Of a stretch of DNA of 45,058 bases, positions 10,856-18,174 are shown one piece after another. The position numbers were made by a program, and so were the translations under genes. The notes below the pieces were generated by a model, which was not told where the DNA came from, ran no database searches, and saw only the letters and a program-made list of their open reading frames with translations. The DNA is from an uncultured bacterium (lineage in GTDB: Bacteria; Verrucomicrobiota; Kiritimatiellia; RFP12; UBA3636): positions 1 through 45,058 of the forward strand of contig CADBEF010000002.1 of NCBI GenBank assembly GCA_902793555.1. The letters run 5' to 3'. The first letter of the stretch is position 1. The number at the start of each line of letters is the position of its first letter.

Positions 10856-10864
10856 ATTCTAGCA
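10856..10864 (-). promoter_or_regulatory. Extended -10 (TGcTAGAAT) 7 nt before the TetR ATG, putative leaderless promoter
   Basis: Minus strand gtgcTAGAATggagcgcATG. Confidence 0.7.
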
Positions 10865-10895
10865 CAGCCCCCCGGAAAAGGGAACGCCGTTTTCG

Positions 10896-11003
10896 CTAGC
10901 CGGGGAACGCGCGGACCGCGTCGATTTCTTCCGCGCCGCAGAGCGGCATGCAGGGGCGGTCCACGCCGAGCGCGACGCCGCCGGCCGGGCCGTGGATCGC
11001 GGG
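10896..11003 (-). pseudogene. Displaced, decayed copy of the epmA 3' end (left direct repeat of the island)
   Basis: 101/108 nt identical to 17134-17241. Encodes PAIHGPAGGVALGVDRPCMPLCGAEEIDAVRAFPG* versus PAIPGPAGGAALGVDRLCMLLCGAEEIDAVRAFPG* in epmA. Confidence 0.92.
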
Positions 11004-11005
11004 GT

Positions 11006-11629
11006 TCATGGCTTGCGGGATTCCTGCCGGGCGGGATGGTCGGCCGTTTCGGCGAGCGTCGTCGCGAGGGCGCGGAGGCGTTTCGAGACGCGGTGGCGGA
11101 TCTGGTCGACGGCGTTGCGCTCGATGCCGTAGTCCGCGGCGACGGCCGCGGGCTTCTCGCCGCCGATCGCGACGCGCAGGAAGACCTGCTTGGTGCGTTC
11201 GTCCGTGGCGGGGTCCGCGAGAAACTGCGAAAGGGCGACCTCGCAGGCCGCGTGGCGCCATTCGCGGAGCTCGTCCTCGGTCATGTCCCCCGACGCCGGT
11301 TCGAGCTCTGCGGCGTCCGCGAGGGCGTTCGCCTCGCGCAGGCGCCGCCGGATCGCGCCTGCCGCGTGCAGGCGCAGGATGCCGGCGAGGTAGTTGCGGA
11401 AATGCCCCTTCTCGTCCGGGGCGTGGACGTAGCCGGGCAGGCGTCTTGCGAGCGTGAGGAACGTCTCCTGCAGGAGGTCCTCCGACTCGGAGGCGAGCGA
11501 GGGGAAGCGCGACGCGAGGAAGCCTTCGAGCGCCGGGCGGTAGCGCGCGACGAGCTCGCTCCAACGGGGCGATTGCGCGTCCGCGCCGAGGTCGCGCAGG
11601 AGGGTGGTCGAGGTGGTGGGAGGGAGCAT
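11006..11629 (-). CDS. ECF (sigma-70 group 4) RNA polymerase sigma factor, 207 aa
   Basis: TTSTTLLRDL N-terminus, W.ELV.RY, SEDLLQETF (region 2), GHFRNYL, and region 4 HTH VAADYGIERNAVDQIRHRV. It is the 3' end of the 11006..13717 track ORF. Confidence 0.88.
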   Translation of the reverse strand: MLPPTTSTTLLRDLGADAQSPRWSELVARYRPALEGFLASRFPSLASESEDLLQETFLTLARRLPGYVHAPDEKGHFRNYLAGILRLHAAGAIRRRLREANALADAAELEPASGDMTEDELREWRHAACEVALSQFLADPATDERTKQVFLRVAIGGEKPAAVAADYGIERNAVDQIRHRVSKRLRALATTLAETADHPARQESRKP

Positions 11630-11632
11630 GTC

Positions 11633-11667
11633 AGTGACGAGTGACGAGTGGCGAGTGGCGAGTGACG
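11633..11667. repeat. 7-bp tandem array AGTGRCG x5 between the kinase stop and the sigma start
   Basis: AGTGACG AGTGACG AGTGGCG AGTGGCG AGTGACG. Confidence 0.92.
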
Positions 11668-11685
11668 AATCGGACGGGCCGGACG

Positions 11686-13572
11686 TCATTCCGGGACGAG
11701 GCGAAATCGGAGCCCGACGTTGTGGCCGGGCGGGGCCCAGAGGTCGGAGCGGAAGCGGTAAACGATGTCTTGCGGCCCCGGATAGGGCTTGTTCGAAACG
11801 CTGCAGACGTCTCCTCCCGGGCGTCCCCCTTCCTGGTCGGAATCGATGAGGAGGCCGTGGGAGAGTTGTTCGAAGGCGCCTCCGCGGCCGCCGTGGAGCG
11901 CCTTCCCGGCGAAGTAGGGCAGGTATTCGACAGTGAACGGCGGCAGGTTGTCGGCCCGGATGCGGCACCAGGACTGGCCGATGCCGCCCGGAACGTGGAA
12001 GATCAACGACCCGTCGTTCGCCTCGGCGAGCCGCACGGGAATCGCCGAGCCCGTGGTCCAGACGACATTCGTCCAGCCCGTCGCCTCCCCGATCCAAGGC
12101 GCGGGGATCTCGCGCTCCTCCGCATCGCGCGCGGCCGCCTCCGCGAGGCATTCGCGTTCCAGGGCCATCTGCCCGCCGAGCGACGTCTCGGCGGTCGAGA
12201 AGCGCAGTGCGCGGTCGCCGGGCGTCGGGTGTTCCGGGTCCGGCTCGTCGTAGGTCTCGGCGAAGTCCTCCGGAAAGACGGCGAGCACCTTCGGCAGCGA
12301 GACGAACGCCCCCGGTCCGAGCCGGAAGCGCGGGCTGCGCGCCGGGTCGGAATCCTCCGTCGTGTCGATCACCGCGGCGTTCCTTACCGTGACGAGCGTC
12401 TCCGGCGTGCCCGTGATCGTTGCGTCGAGGCGCCCCGGTCCGACGATCTCGACCGTCTGCGGCGCGGCAAGGTCCAGCGGGCGCCCGAGCGCGACGTGCC
12501 GGCCATCGAGCCGCACGCGCACGAGCGGCCGCCCATCGTAGACCGAGTACTCCGACACCTCCCGCCACGCCGGCTCCGCTTCCGCCTCCAGCCGCGCCAC
12601 GAGCTCCCGCGCGGCGGAGAGTTCCCGGGGTTCCGGCGATGCTGGCGGCTCCGGAAGCGGCGGATCCTTCGGTCTCGAAGTCCCGAAGCTCGCGACCGCT
12701 ACGGCGGCGATCGCCGCAAGAGCGGCGATCGCGGCGGCAGCCGCCGCCGGCGCGTGGCGGCGGCGGACCATCCGTGCGAACGCCTCCGCTGTTTGCGGCC
12801 GTTCGGCGGGGATCGCGCTCGTCGCGCGGCGCAACGGCCCCCGCCAGGCGCGCGGCGTGCGGCCGCGGAAGCACGCCGCGGCGATGAGCCCGAGCGCGTA
12901 GACGTCGCTCGCGGGCGTCACCTCGCCGCCCGCGAACTGCTCCGGCGCCGCGTAGCCCGGCGTGCCGACGCCGACGGCCCGCCCGTCGACGATCGACAGG
13001 GTCGGCGCGGCGGACGGTCCGGCGGCTTCGGAGCCTTCGGGCGCCGTCCATCGCTTCACCAGCCCGAGGTCGATCAGTACCGGCGAGCCGTCGGCGCGGA
13101 AGAGGACGTTGGAGGGCTTGACGTCGCGGTGCACGACGCCGCGGGCGTGGAGGTGGGCGAGGCCGCCGCAGAGCGCGAGGACGAAGCGCGCGACGTCGCG
13201 GTCGCCGCGCGGCAGCTCCCGCCTCTCGAGCTCCTCCACCGCCATCCACGGGCGGCCGTCCGCCGTCTCGCCCGCGTCGAGGAGGCGCGGCAGCGCCGGA
13301 TGGTCCGCCCCGCGCAGGATTTCGACCTCCCGCCGGAACCGCTCCGCGGCCGTCGGATCGGTGCGGTGGAGGATGCGGAGCGCGGCGGGCGACGGCCCGT
13401 CCGCGTGGTAGACTTCGCAGCTTCCGCCGCGCCCCAGCGGCCCTCCGACGCGCCACGCGCCGATCCGCGCGCCGGGCGCGAGAAGCCACGCGCGGCGTTC
13501 GTCCCCGTCGGGCGGAGAGCCGCTTCGGGCGGCGAGCCAGTCGTCGAAGAATCCGGGAGGGGGTGGAGACAT
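11686..13572 (-). CDS. Membrane-anchored Hanks-type Ser/Thr protein kinase with an extracytoplasmic C-terminal domain
   Basis: LGRGGSCEVY, HRDVKPSN, DLG, GTPGYAAPEQ, SDVYALG, then TM segment AAAAAIAALAAIAAVAVASF. Confidence 0.92.
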   Translation of the reverse strand: MSPPPPGFFDDWLAARSGSPPDGDERRAWLLAPGARIGAWRVGGPLGRGGSCEVYHADGPSPAALRILHRTDPTAAERFRREVEILRGADHPALPRLLDAGETADGRPWMAVEELERRELPRGDRDVARFVLALCGGLAHLHARGVVHRDVKPSNVLFRADGSPVLIDLGLVKRWTAPEGSEAAGPSAAPTLSIVDGRAVGVGTPGYAAPEQFAGGEVTPASDVYALGLIAAACFRGRTPRAWRGPLRRATSAIPAERPQTAEAFARMVRRRHAPAAAAAAIAALAAIAAVAVASFGTSRPKDPPLPEPPASPEPRELSAARELVARLEAEAEPAWREVSEYSVYDGRPLVRVRLDGRHVALGRPLDLAAPQTVEIVGPGRLDATITGTPETLVTVRNAAVIDTTEDSDPARSPRFRLGPGAFVSLPKVLAVFPEDFAETYDEPDPEHPTPGDRALRFSTAETSLGGQMALERECLAEAAARDAEEREIPAPWIGEATGWTNVVWTTGSAIPVRLAEANDGSLIFHVPGGIGQSWCRIRADNLPPFTVEYLPYFAGKALHGGRGGAFEQLSHGLLIDSDQEGGRPGGDVCSVSNKPYPGPQDIVYRFRSDLWAPPGHNVGLRFRLVPE

Positions 13573-13715
13573 GGAGGGTCGATCGGACGGAACGGGAATC
13601 TACCAGAAACCGGGGTTCGGCGCGAGACAAAAAAAGATTTTTCCGCTCCGCGTAAGATTTGCCGGAAACCGGCAGGTAAAGAAAAAAGGCCGCCATCCCG
13701 CGGCCCCGAAACAAC

Positions 13716-16700
13716 ATGAATCCAACCGATGAATCCGCCTCGGACGAGGCCCTGGTTCCGGCCGCAGCGCCCGAACCCGTTCCCTATGTCGAACCCGATC
13801 TCGACCCCGATGTCGACGTTGAACCGCCCGTCGATCCGGACGCGCCGTGTCCGTTCTTCCCGGTTTTTGCGAACGGGATCTTGAACTGGTGCGGGCGCCG
13901 CGTCGCGAACGCGCGCCGGCGGGCGGACAAACTCCCCCCCGTGCTTGCGGCGCCGGTTCTCACGGTCCTCTCGTTCTTCGGCTTCTTCCTTGGAGCCGCC
14001 CTTCTCCACGCGGCGGCGGTTGTCGGCATCGTCCTGGCCGCGGTCTCCTCCCGGTTCGCGGACTACCTTCCCGGGCAGATGGGAATCCTCCTGTTCTTCG
14101 GCTTCGGCCTGGGCGGTGTCGCGCTTCAGGTCTTCCTGCTGATCCGCATCGCGCTGAAAGTCCGGAACGCCGCAGGCGAAGGACGCCTCCGGGTCTTCAA
14201 CTCGTATTTCGAACTCGCCGGGAACGCCCTCCTCGTCCTGTTCGTCACGTTCTTCGGCGTCGTCATGTTCCTTTACTGTTTCTTCGAGCCGTCGGCGGAG
14301 CGGTTGTCCAGCCTCGTGATGCTGTTCGCGTTCTTCGAAGGCGTTTCGGCCGTCGGCCTGGCGCTCCTCGTCCACTCCTGCTACGTGCGCAACAGGCATC
14401 TGGGCTGGAAGACGGCGTTCGCGGTCGTCATCGCCAAATACGTCGCCTCGTGGTTCAGCTACTTCTGCGTCATGCGGATCTGGACGGCGATCCAGCGGAT
14501 CCTGCATCCGGTCGGCAGTCTGGAGGCGGCGGAGAACCGCTGGCACGACCGCCACACGATGAACGAGAACGCGAAGCGCGGCCGCACGGAGGAGACGAAC
14601 GTCGTCGCGGAAGTCCTCATCGCGACCGCGATCACGGTGATTCTCAAGAAGACGATCGCCCCGCTCGTCACCGGCCGGCCCGAGGGCGAGCCCAACGGGT
14701 TCGCCGCCGCCATGCGCGACTTCCGGGCGTGGCGCGCCGGGCGCGGGGCGTTCCTCGCCGGAACGGTCGTCTCGTTCCTCCTGCTTTGCGTCGGGCTTGC
14801 CTACGCCGCCTTGTCCATGGAACGGCACGAAGCCGCGACGATCAAGGCCGAACAGAAAGAACAACAGCAGGCCTGGGCCGACAAGAGCAAGACGCAAAAC
14901 GCCCTGAAATGCCTCGGCGACGCCCTGCGCTCGCGGGTGCCGAACGACGCGATTCCGCCGGTCGGCGCCTTCTCGTCCGCCGACGACTACTTCAAGGCGC
15001 TCGCCCGGAAGGGACTTTTCAAGACGTTCCTCGCGGACGTCGTGGAGGCGTTCTGCCACGGCAACGAGTTCAATTCGGGGCGGGCGGACTGGCCGAAGCG
15101 TTACACGAAGGCGTTCGAGGAAAGCGGCCTCTTCTCGGCGGAGAACGGCGGTCTTCCGCCCGTTCTCCGCGTCTGGACCGTGCTGGCCGGCGAACCGGAC
15201 AACGTGGACGTCCCGTTCTTCTGGATGTCGAGTCTCGGGAATCCGCTTTCCGACCTGCAGGATCTCCGCACCCGCGACGGCGACGTGAAGAAGGCGAAAA
15301 TCGACGCCAAGATTCCGTTCGCCGTGATTGCGGACAGAATGGGCCAAAACGTCAACGCGACGGAAAACTACGGCCTGTTGCTCAACGACCATTTCTCGGC
15401 CGTCGGCCAAGGCGGCGAGTTCCAGCTGCTCGAACCGGAAAACGGATTCGACCGGGAAACCGTCCGCCGGTATCTCGACGCGGTCGCGGCGGCCGAAAAG
15501 GCGATCCGCGAAGGCGACGAACGGGCCGCGGCCGAAAAGAAGAGCGCGCGCGACAAGGAGGCCATGCGGTTTTTCGACGACGGGGAACCGGAGGCCGGGA
15601 GCGCGCAGGCGACGGAGCCGGAGGCGAAACCGGAACCCGCGCCGAAGACGAACCGGGAACCGGAACCGGCTCCCGAACCGGCGGCAGAGACCGAATCCGC
15701 TCCGGAGCCGAAGACTCCGGCTCCCGAACCGGCGGCAGAGACCGAATCCGCTCCGAAGCCGAAGACTCCGGCCGCCAAGCCGGAGGATTCAAAGCCGACC
15801 GCGGCGCCGGCGCCCGCGAAAACGGACAAGCTGGCCGAGGTCGCGGACCGGCAGGCTGCGGCCTACCAGGACGGAACGAAATCGGCCGGGCAGATTCTCA
15901 AGTGGCTCGACTCCCCGAAAGTCCACGAATCGAAACGGGAACGGCTCCGTGCGCTTTTGGTGGAGCGCGGCGTTCCGCTGGCCGATGCCGAACGCAAAGA
16001 GAAGGAAGAGGCGAAGCGCAAGGCGGACGAGGAGCGCAAGGCGGCCGAAGAATCGAAGCGCAAGGCGGCCGAGGAACGCAAGGCGGCCGAAGAAGCGAAG
16101 CGCAAGGCGGACGAGGAACGCAAGGCGGCCGAAGAAGCGAAGCGCAAGGCGGCCGAGGAACGCAGGGCGGCCGAATTCAAGAAACGGCAGGAAAAGGCCG
16201 AGGCCGAGCGTCTCAAGAGGCAGGAAGAAGCCCGGAAACGCCAGGAAGAAGCCGACCGCCAGGCCAAGGAGGAAGCTGATCGAGAGCGGAAACGAAAGGA
16301 CAAAGAGGAGCGGGATCGGCAGAAGGCGCTGGACGAATTCACCAAGAGCATGCAAAAAATGTCGGAGGCCTCCCTCTCAATGGGCGCACGCGGGGAAGAG
16401 GAGGAAGACGTCGACGAGCTGGAAGAGGCGAACGCCGACAATCCGTTTTTCCGGAACGGGACCTTCCAAGGGGAGGCCGGCGTCGACGAACGGCGGGCCG
16501 CGCCGGAGGAAGGCCGCCGCGCCGAAGAACGGCGGCGCCGCGCCGAAGAACAGCGGGTTGCGCGGGAGGAACAGCGCCGCCGCGCCGAAGAACAGAGGGC
16601 TGCGCGGGAGGAACAGCGCCGCCGCGTTGAGGAGGCGAATGCCCGGCGCGCGGCGGAACGGAAGCGGGCGGAGGAGCGCAACGCGGAGCGCGAGGCCGCG

Positions 16701-17015
16701 CAAGTCGATCCGTACGCGATCTCGCCCATTCCGGGAGACGGAACGATCGAGGACGATCCCCCGCCGGTCCTCCACCCGAAAACGCGTTCCGCGGAGCCGG
16801 CGTCGCGAAACAGGCCCGGCGCGACGCCTCCCGCCATGCCCGACGCCATGGTCGAGCAGTTGGCGACCGGCATCCGGATGTCCGTCCAAGGCGGGCAGAT
16901 GACGCCGGCCCAGGCGGCCTTCATGCTGGACAACGCGACGCTCTCGGACGCGCAGAAGGCGACGGTCCGGAAGAAACTCGCCGCGGAAGGCATCTCCCTC
17001 CCCCGCGGAAAGTGA
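13716..17015 (+). CDS. Large hypothetical membrane protein: multi-TM N-terminus, globular middle domain, Pro/Glu linker and TolA-like charged coiled coil
   Basis: Several hydrophobic segments in the first ~370 aa; PAPEPAAETESAPEPKT repeats; AKRKADEERKAAEE and RRRAEEQR repeats. Confidence 0.8.
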   Translation: MNPTDESASDEALVPAAAPEPVPYVEPDLDPDVDVEPPVDPDAPCPFFPVFANGILNWCGRRVANARRRADKLPPVLAAPVLTVLSFFGFFLGAALLHAAAVVGIVLAAVSSRFADYLPGQMGILLFFGFGLGGVALQVFLLIRIALKVRNAAGEGRLRVFNSYFELAGNALLVLFVTFFGVVMFLYCFFEPSAERLSSLVMLFAFFEGVSAVGLALLVHSCYVRNRHLGWKTAFAVVIAKYVASWFSYFCVMRIWTAIQRILHPVGSLEAAENRWHDRHTMNENAKRGRTEETNVVAEVLIATAITVILKKTIAPLVTGRPEGEPNGFAAAMRDFRAWRAGRGAFLAGTVVSFLLLCVGLAYAALSMERHEAATIKAEQKEQQQAWADKSKTQNALKCLGDALRSRVPNDAIPPVGAFSSADDYFKALARKGLFKTFLADVVEAFCHGNEFNSGRADWPKRYTKAFEESGLFSAENGGLPPVLRVWTVLAGEPDNVDVPFFWMSSLGNPLSDLQDLRTRDGDVKKAKIDAKIPFAVIADRMGQNVNATENYGLLLNDHFSAVGQGGEFQLLEPENGFDRETVRRYLDAVAAAEKAIREGDERAAAEKKSARDKEAMRFFDDGEPEAGSAQATEPEAKPEPAPKTNREPEPAPEPAAETESAPEPKTPAPEPAAETESAPKPKTPAAKPEDSKPTAAPAPAKTDKLAEVADRQAAAYQDGTKSAGQILKWLDSPKVHESKRERLRALLVERGVPLADAERKEKEEAKRKADEERKAAEESKRKAAEERKAAEEAKRKADEERKAAEEAKRKAAEERRAAEFKKRQEKAEAERLKRQEEARKRQEEADRQAKEEADRERKRKDKEERDRQKALDEFTKSMQKMSEASLSMGARGEEEEDVDELEEANADNPFFRNGTFQGEAGVDERRAAPEEGRRAEERRRRAEEQRVAREEQRRRAEEQRAAREEQRRRVEEANARRAAERKRAEERNAEREAAQVDPYAISPIPGDGTIEDDPPPVLHPKTRSAEPASRNRPGATPPAMPDAMVEQLATGIRMSVQGGQMTPAQAAFMLDNATLSDAQKATVRKKLAAEGISLPRGK
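15666..15767 (+). repeat. 51-bp tandem duplication (PAPEPAAETESAP[E/K]PKT x2)
   Basis: ccggctcccgaaccggcggcagagaccgaatccgctccg(g/a)agccgaagact repeated twice. Confidence 0.9.
16011..16175 (+). repeat. 42-bp tandem repeats encoding [A/S]KRKA[D/A]EERKAAEE (about 4 copies)
   Basis: Repeated gaagcgcaaggcgg(a/c)cgagga(g/a)cgcaaggcggccgaagaa units. Confidence 0.88.
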
Positions 17016-17133
17016 CCGGCCGGCGCGCCGGCGCAATTCCAAGGCTTCCGCAGTCGGGGCGGGCGGCCGTCCTCGGCCGCCGCGGCGTGCGGGGACGCGC
17101 GCGCTCCCCGGGTGCAGAATTCTTGGAACCGCT

Positions 17134-18036
17134 CTAGCCGGGGAACGCGCGGACGGCGTCGATTTCTTCCGCACCGCAGAGCAGCATGCAGAGCCGGTCC
17201 ACGCCGAGCGCGGCGCCGCCGGCCGGGCCGGGGATCGCGGGCAGCGCGGCGAGGAACTCCTCGTCGAGCGGCATCGGCGTCTCTCCGTTCGCGATCTTCT
17301 CCGCGCGCGCCGACTCGAAGCGGCGGCGCTGCTCGGCCGCGTCGAGCAGCTCCCCGAACGCGTTCGCGAGCTCCATCCCGCCGGCGTACGCCTCCCAGCG
17401 CTCCGCGACGCGCGGATCGGCGGGCGAAAGCCGCGCGAGCGACGCGGCCGGGGCGGGGTAGTCGATGAGGACGCACGCCCGGTCGCGCGGCAGCGCGGGC
17501 TCGATCGCGAGCGCCATGTCTTCGTCGAAGCGCGCGGCGTCCCACGATTCCACGGGGTCCCAGCCGGCCCAGCGGCGGTAGGCCTCGCGAACGGGGATGC
17601 GCTCCCACTCGCGCGCCAGGTCGACCTCGACGCCGCCGAAGGCGACTCGCCCGGACCCCGCCACGGCGCGCGCGGCGTCGCGCACGAGCGCCTCGAGGTC
17701 GGCGAGGATTTCCAGGTAGGTGCCGGGCGCGCGGTACCACTCGAGCATCGTGAACTCCGGCGCGTGGCGCGCGCCGCGCTCGCCCTCGCGGAAGCACGGG
17801 CCGATCTGGTAGGGGCGCGGCACGCCGGCGGCGAGCAGGCGCTTCATCTGCAGCTCGGGCGACGCGCGCAGGAAGCGGTCTCCGCTCGCGGGCGGGCGGA
17901 TGAACGGTTCGTTGGCGGGCGCGGGGATGCGGACGGGCGTCTCGACCTCGACGAACCCCGCCGCGTCGAGCGTCGCGCGAAGCGACCGCAGCAGGCGCGC
18001 GCGGCGGAGCAGATTGGCGGGAAGGGCTGGGTGCAT
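17134..18036 (-). CDS. epmA: EF-P lysine aminoacylase EpmA (GenX/PoxA)
   Basis: GFVEVETP, LRASPELQMKRLL, FREGE.G.RH.PEFTMLEWY, ELANAFGEL, ALGVDRL; catalytic domain of class II LysRS only. Confidence 0.93.
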   Translation of the reverse strand: MHPALPANLLRRARLLRSLRATLDAAGFVEVETPVRIPAPANEPFIRPPASGDRFLRASPELQMKRLLAAGVPRPYQIGPCFREGERGARHAPEFTMLEWYRAPGTYLEILADLEALVRDAARAVAGSGRVAFGGVEVDLAREWERIPVREAYRRWAGWDPVESWDAARFDEDMALAIEPALPRDRACVLIDYPAPAASLARLSPADPRVAERWEAYAGGMELANAFGELLDAAEQRRRFESARAEKIANGETPMPLDEEFLAALPAIPGPAGGAALGVDRLCMLLCGAEEIDAVRAFPG

Positions 18037-18060
18037 GTCCGACTCGTTTTATGGGAAAGA

Positions 18061-18089
18061 ACGCTACCAGAGTGAACCGGGCAAGTCAA
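18061..18089 (-). promoter_or_regulatory. Sigma70-type promoter for epmA
   Basis: TTGACT-17 nt-TAGCGT with extended TGg. Confidence 0.65.
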
Positions 18090-18138
18090 TCCGTATTTAC
18101 GATTTCCGTATTGCCGAATTTGCGCAACCGCGAAAGAC

Positions 18139-18167
18139 TTGCAAAGAGGTTGGGATTTTGCCAGAAT
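18139..18167 (+). promoter_or_regulatory. Promoter directly before ATG 18175
   Basis: TTGCAA-17 nt-CAGAAT (TGc extended), 7 nt before the ATG. Confidence 0.6.
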
Positions 18168-18174
18168 GCCCGAC

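Larger units (their letters stand above)
11004..17133. mobile_element. Putative genomic island inserted in the epmA 3' end; no integrase seen
   Basis: Flanked by the 108-bp direct repeat (period 6238 bp). Contains three accessory genes, all ending in TGA. Confidence 0.72.

Noticed and set aside
11006-13717. 903-aa ORF as a kinase-sigma fusion
   Set aside because: The kinase is in another frame with its own stop at 11686; only the last 207 aa of this ORF are sigma-like.
11004-17133. Integrase, transposase or phage genes within the island
   Set aside because: No tyrosine/serine recombinase or DDE motifs recognised in the supplied frames; the space is fully used by three genes.
17134-18036. 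epmA as a truncated lysS pseudogene
   Set aside because: Length and motifs (SPEL.MKRLL, EFTMLEWY) match the EpmA family, which naturally lacks the anticodon-binding domain.
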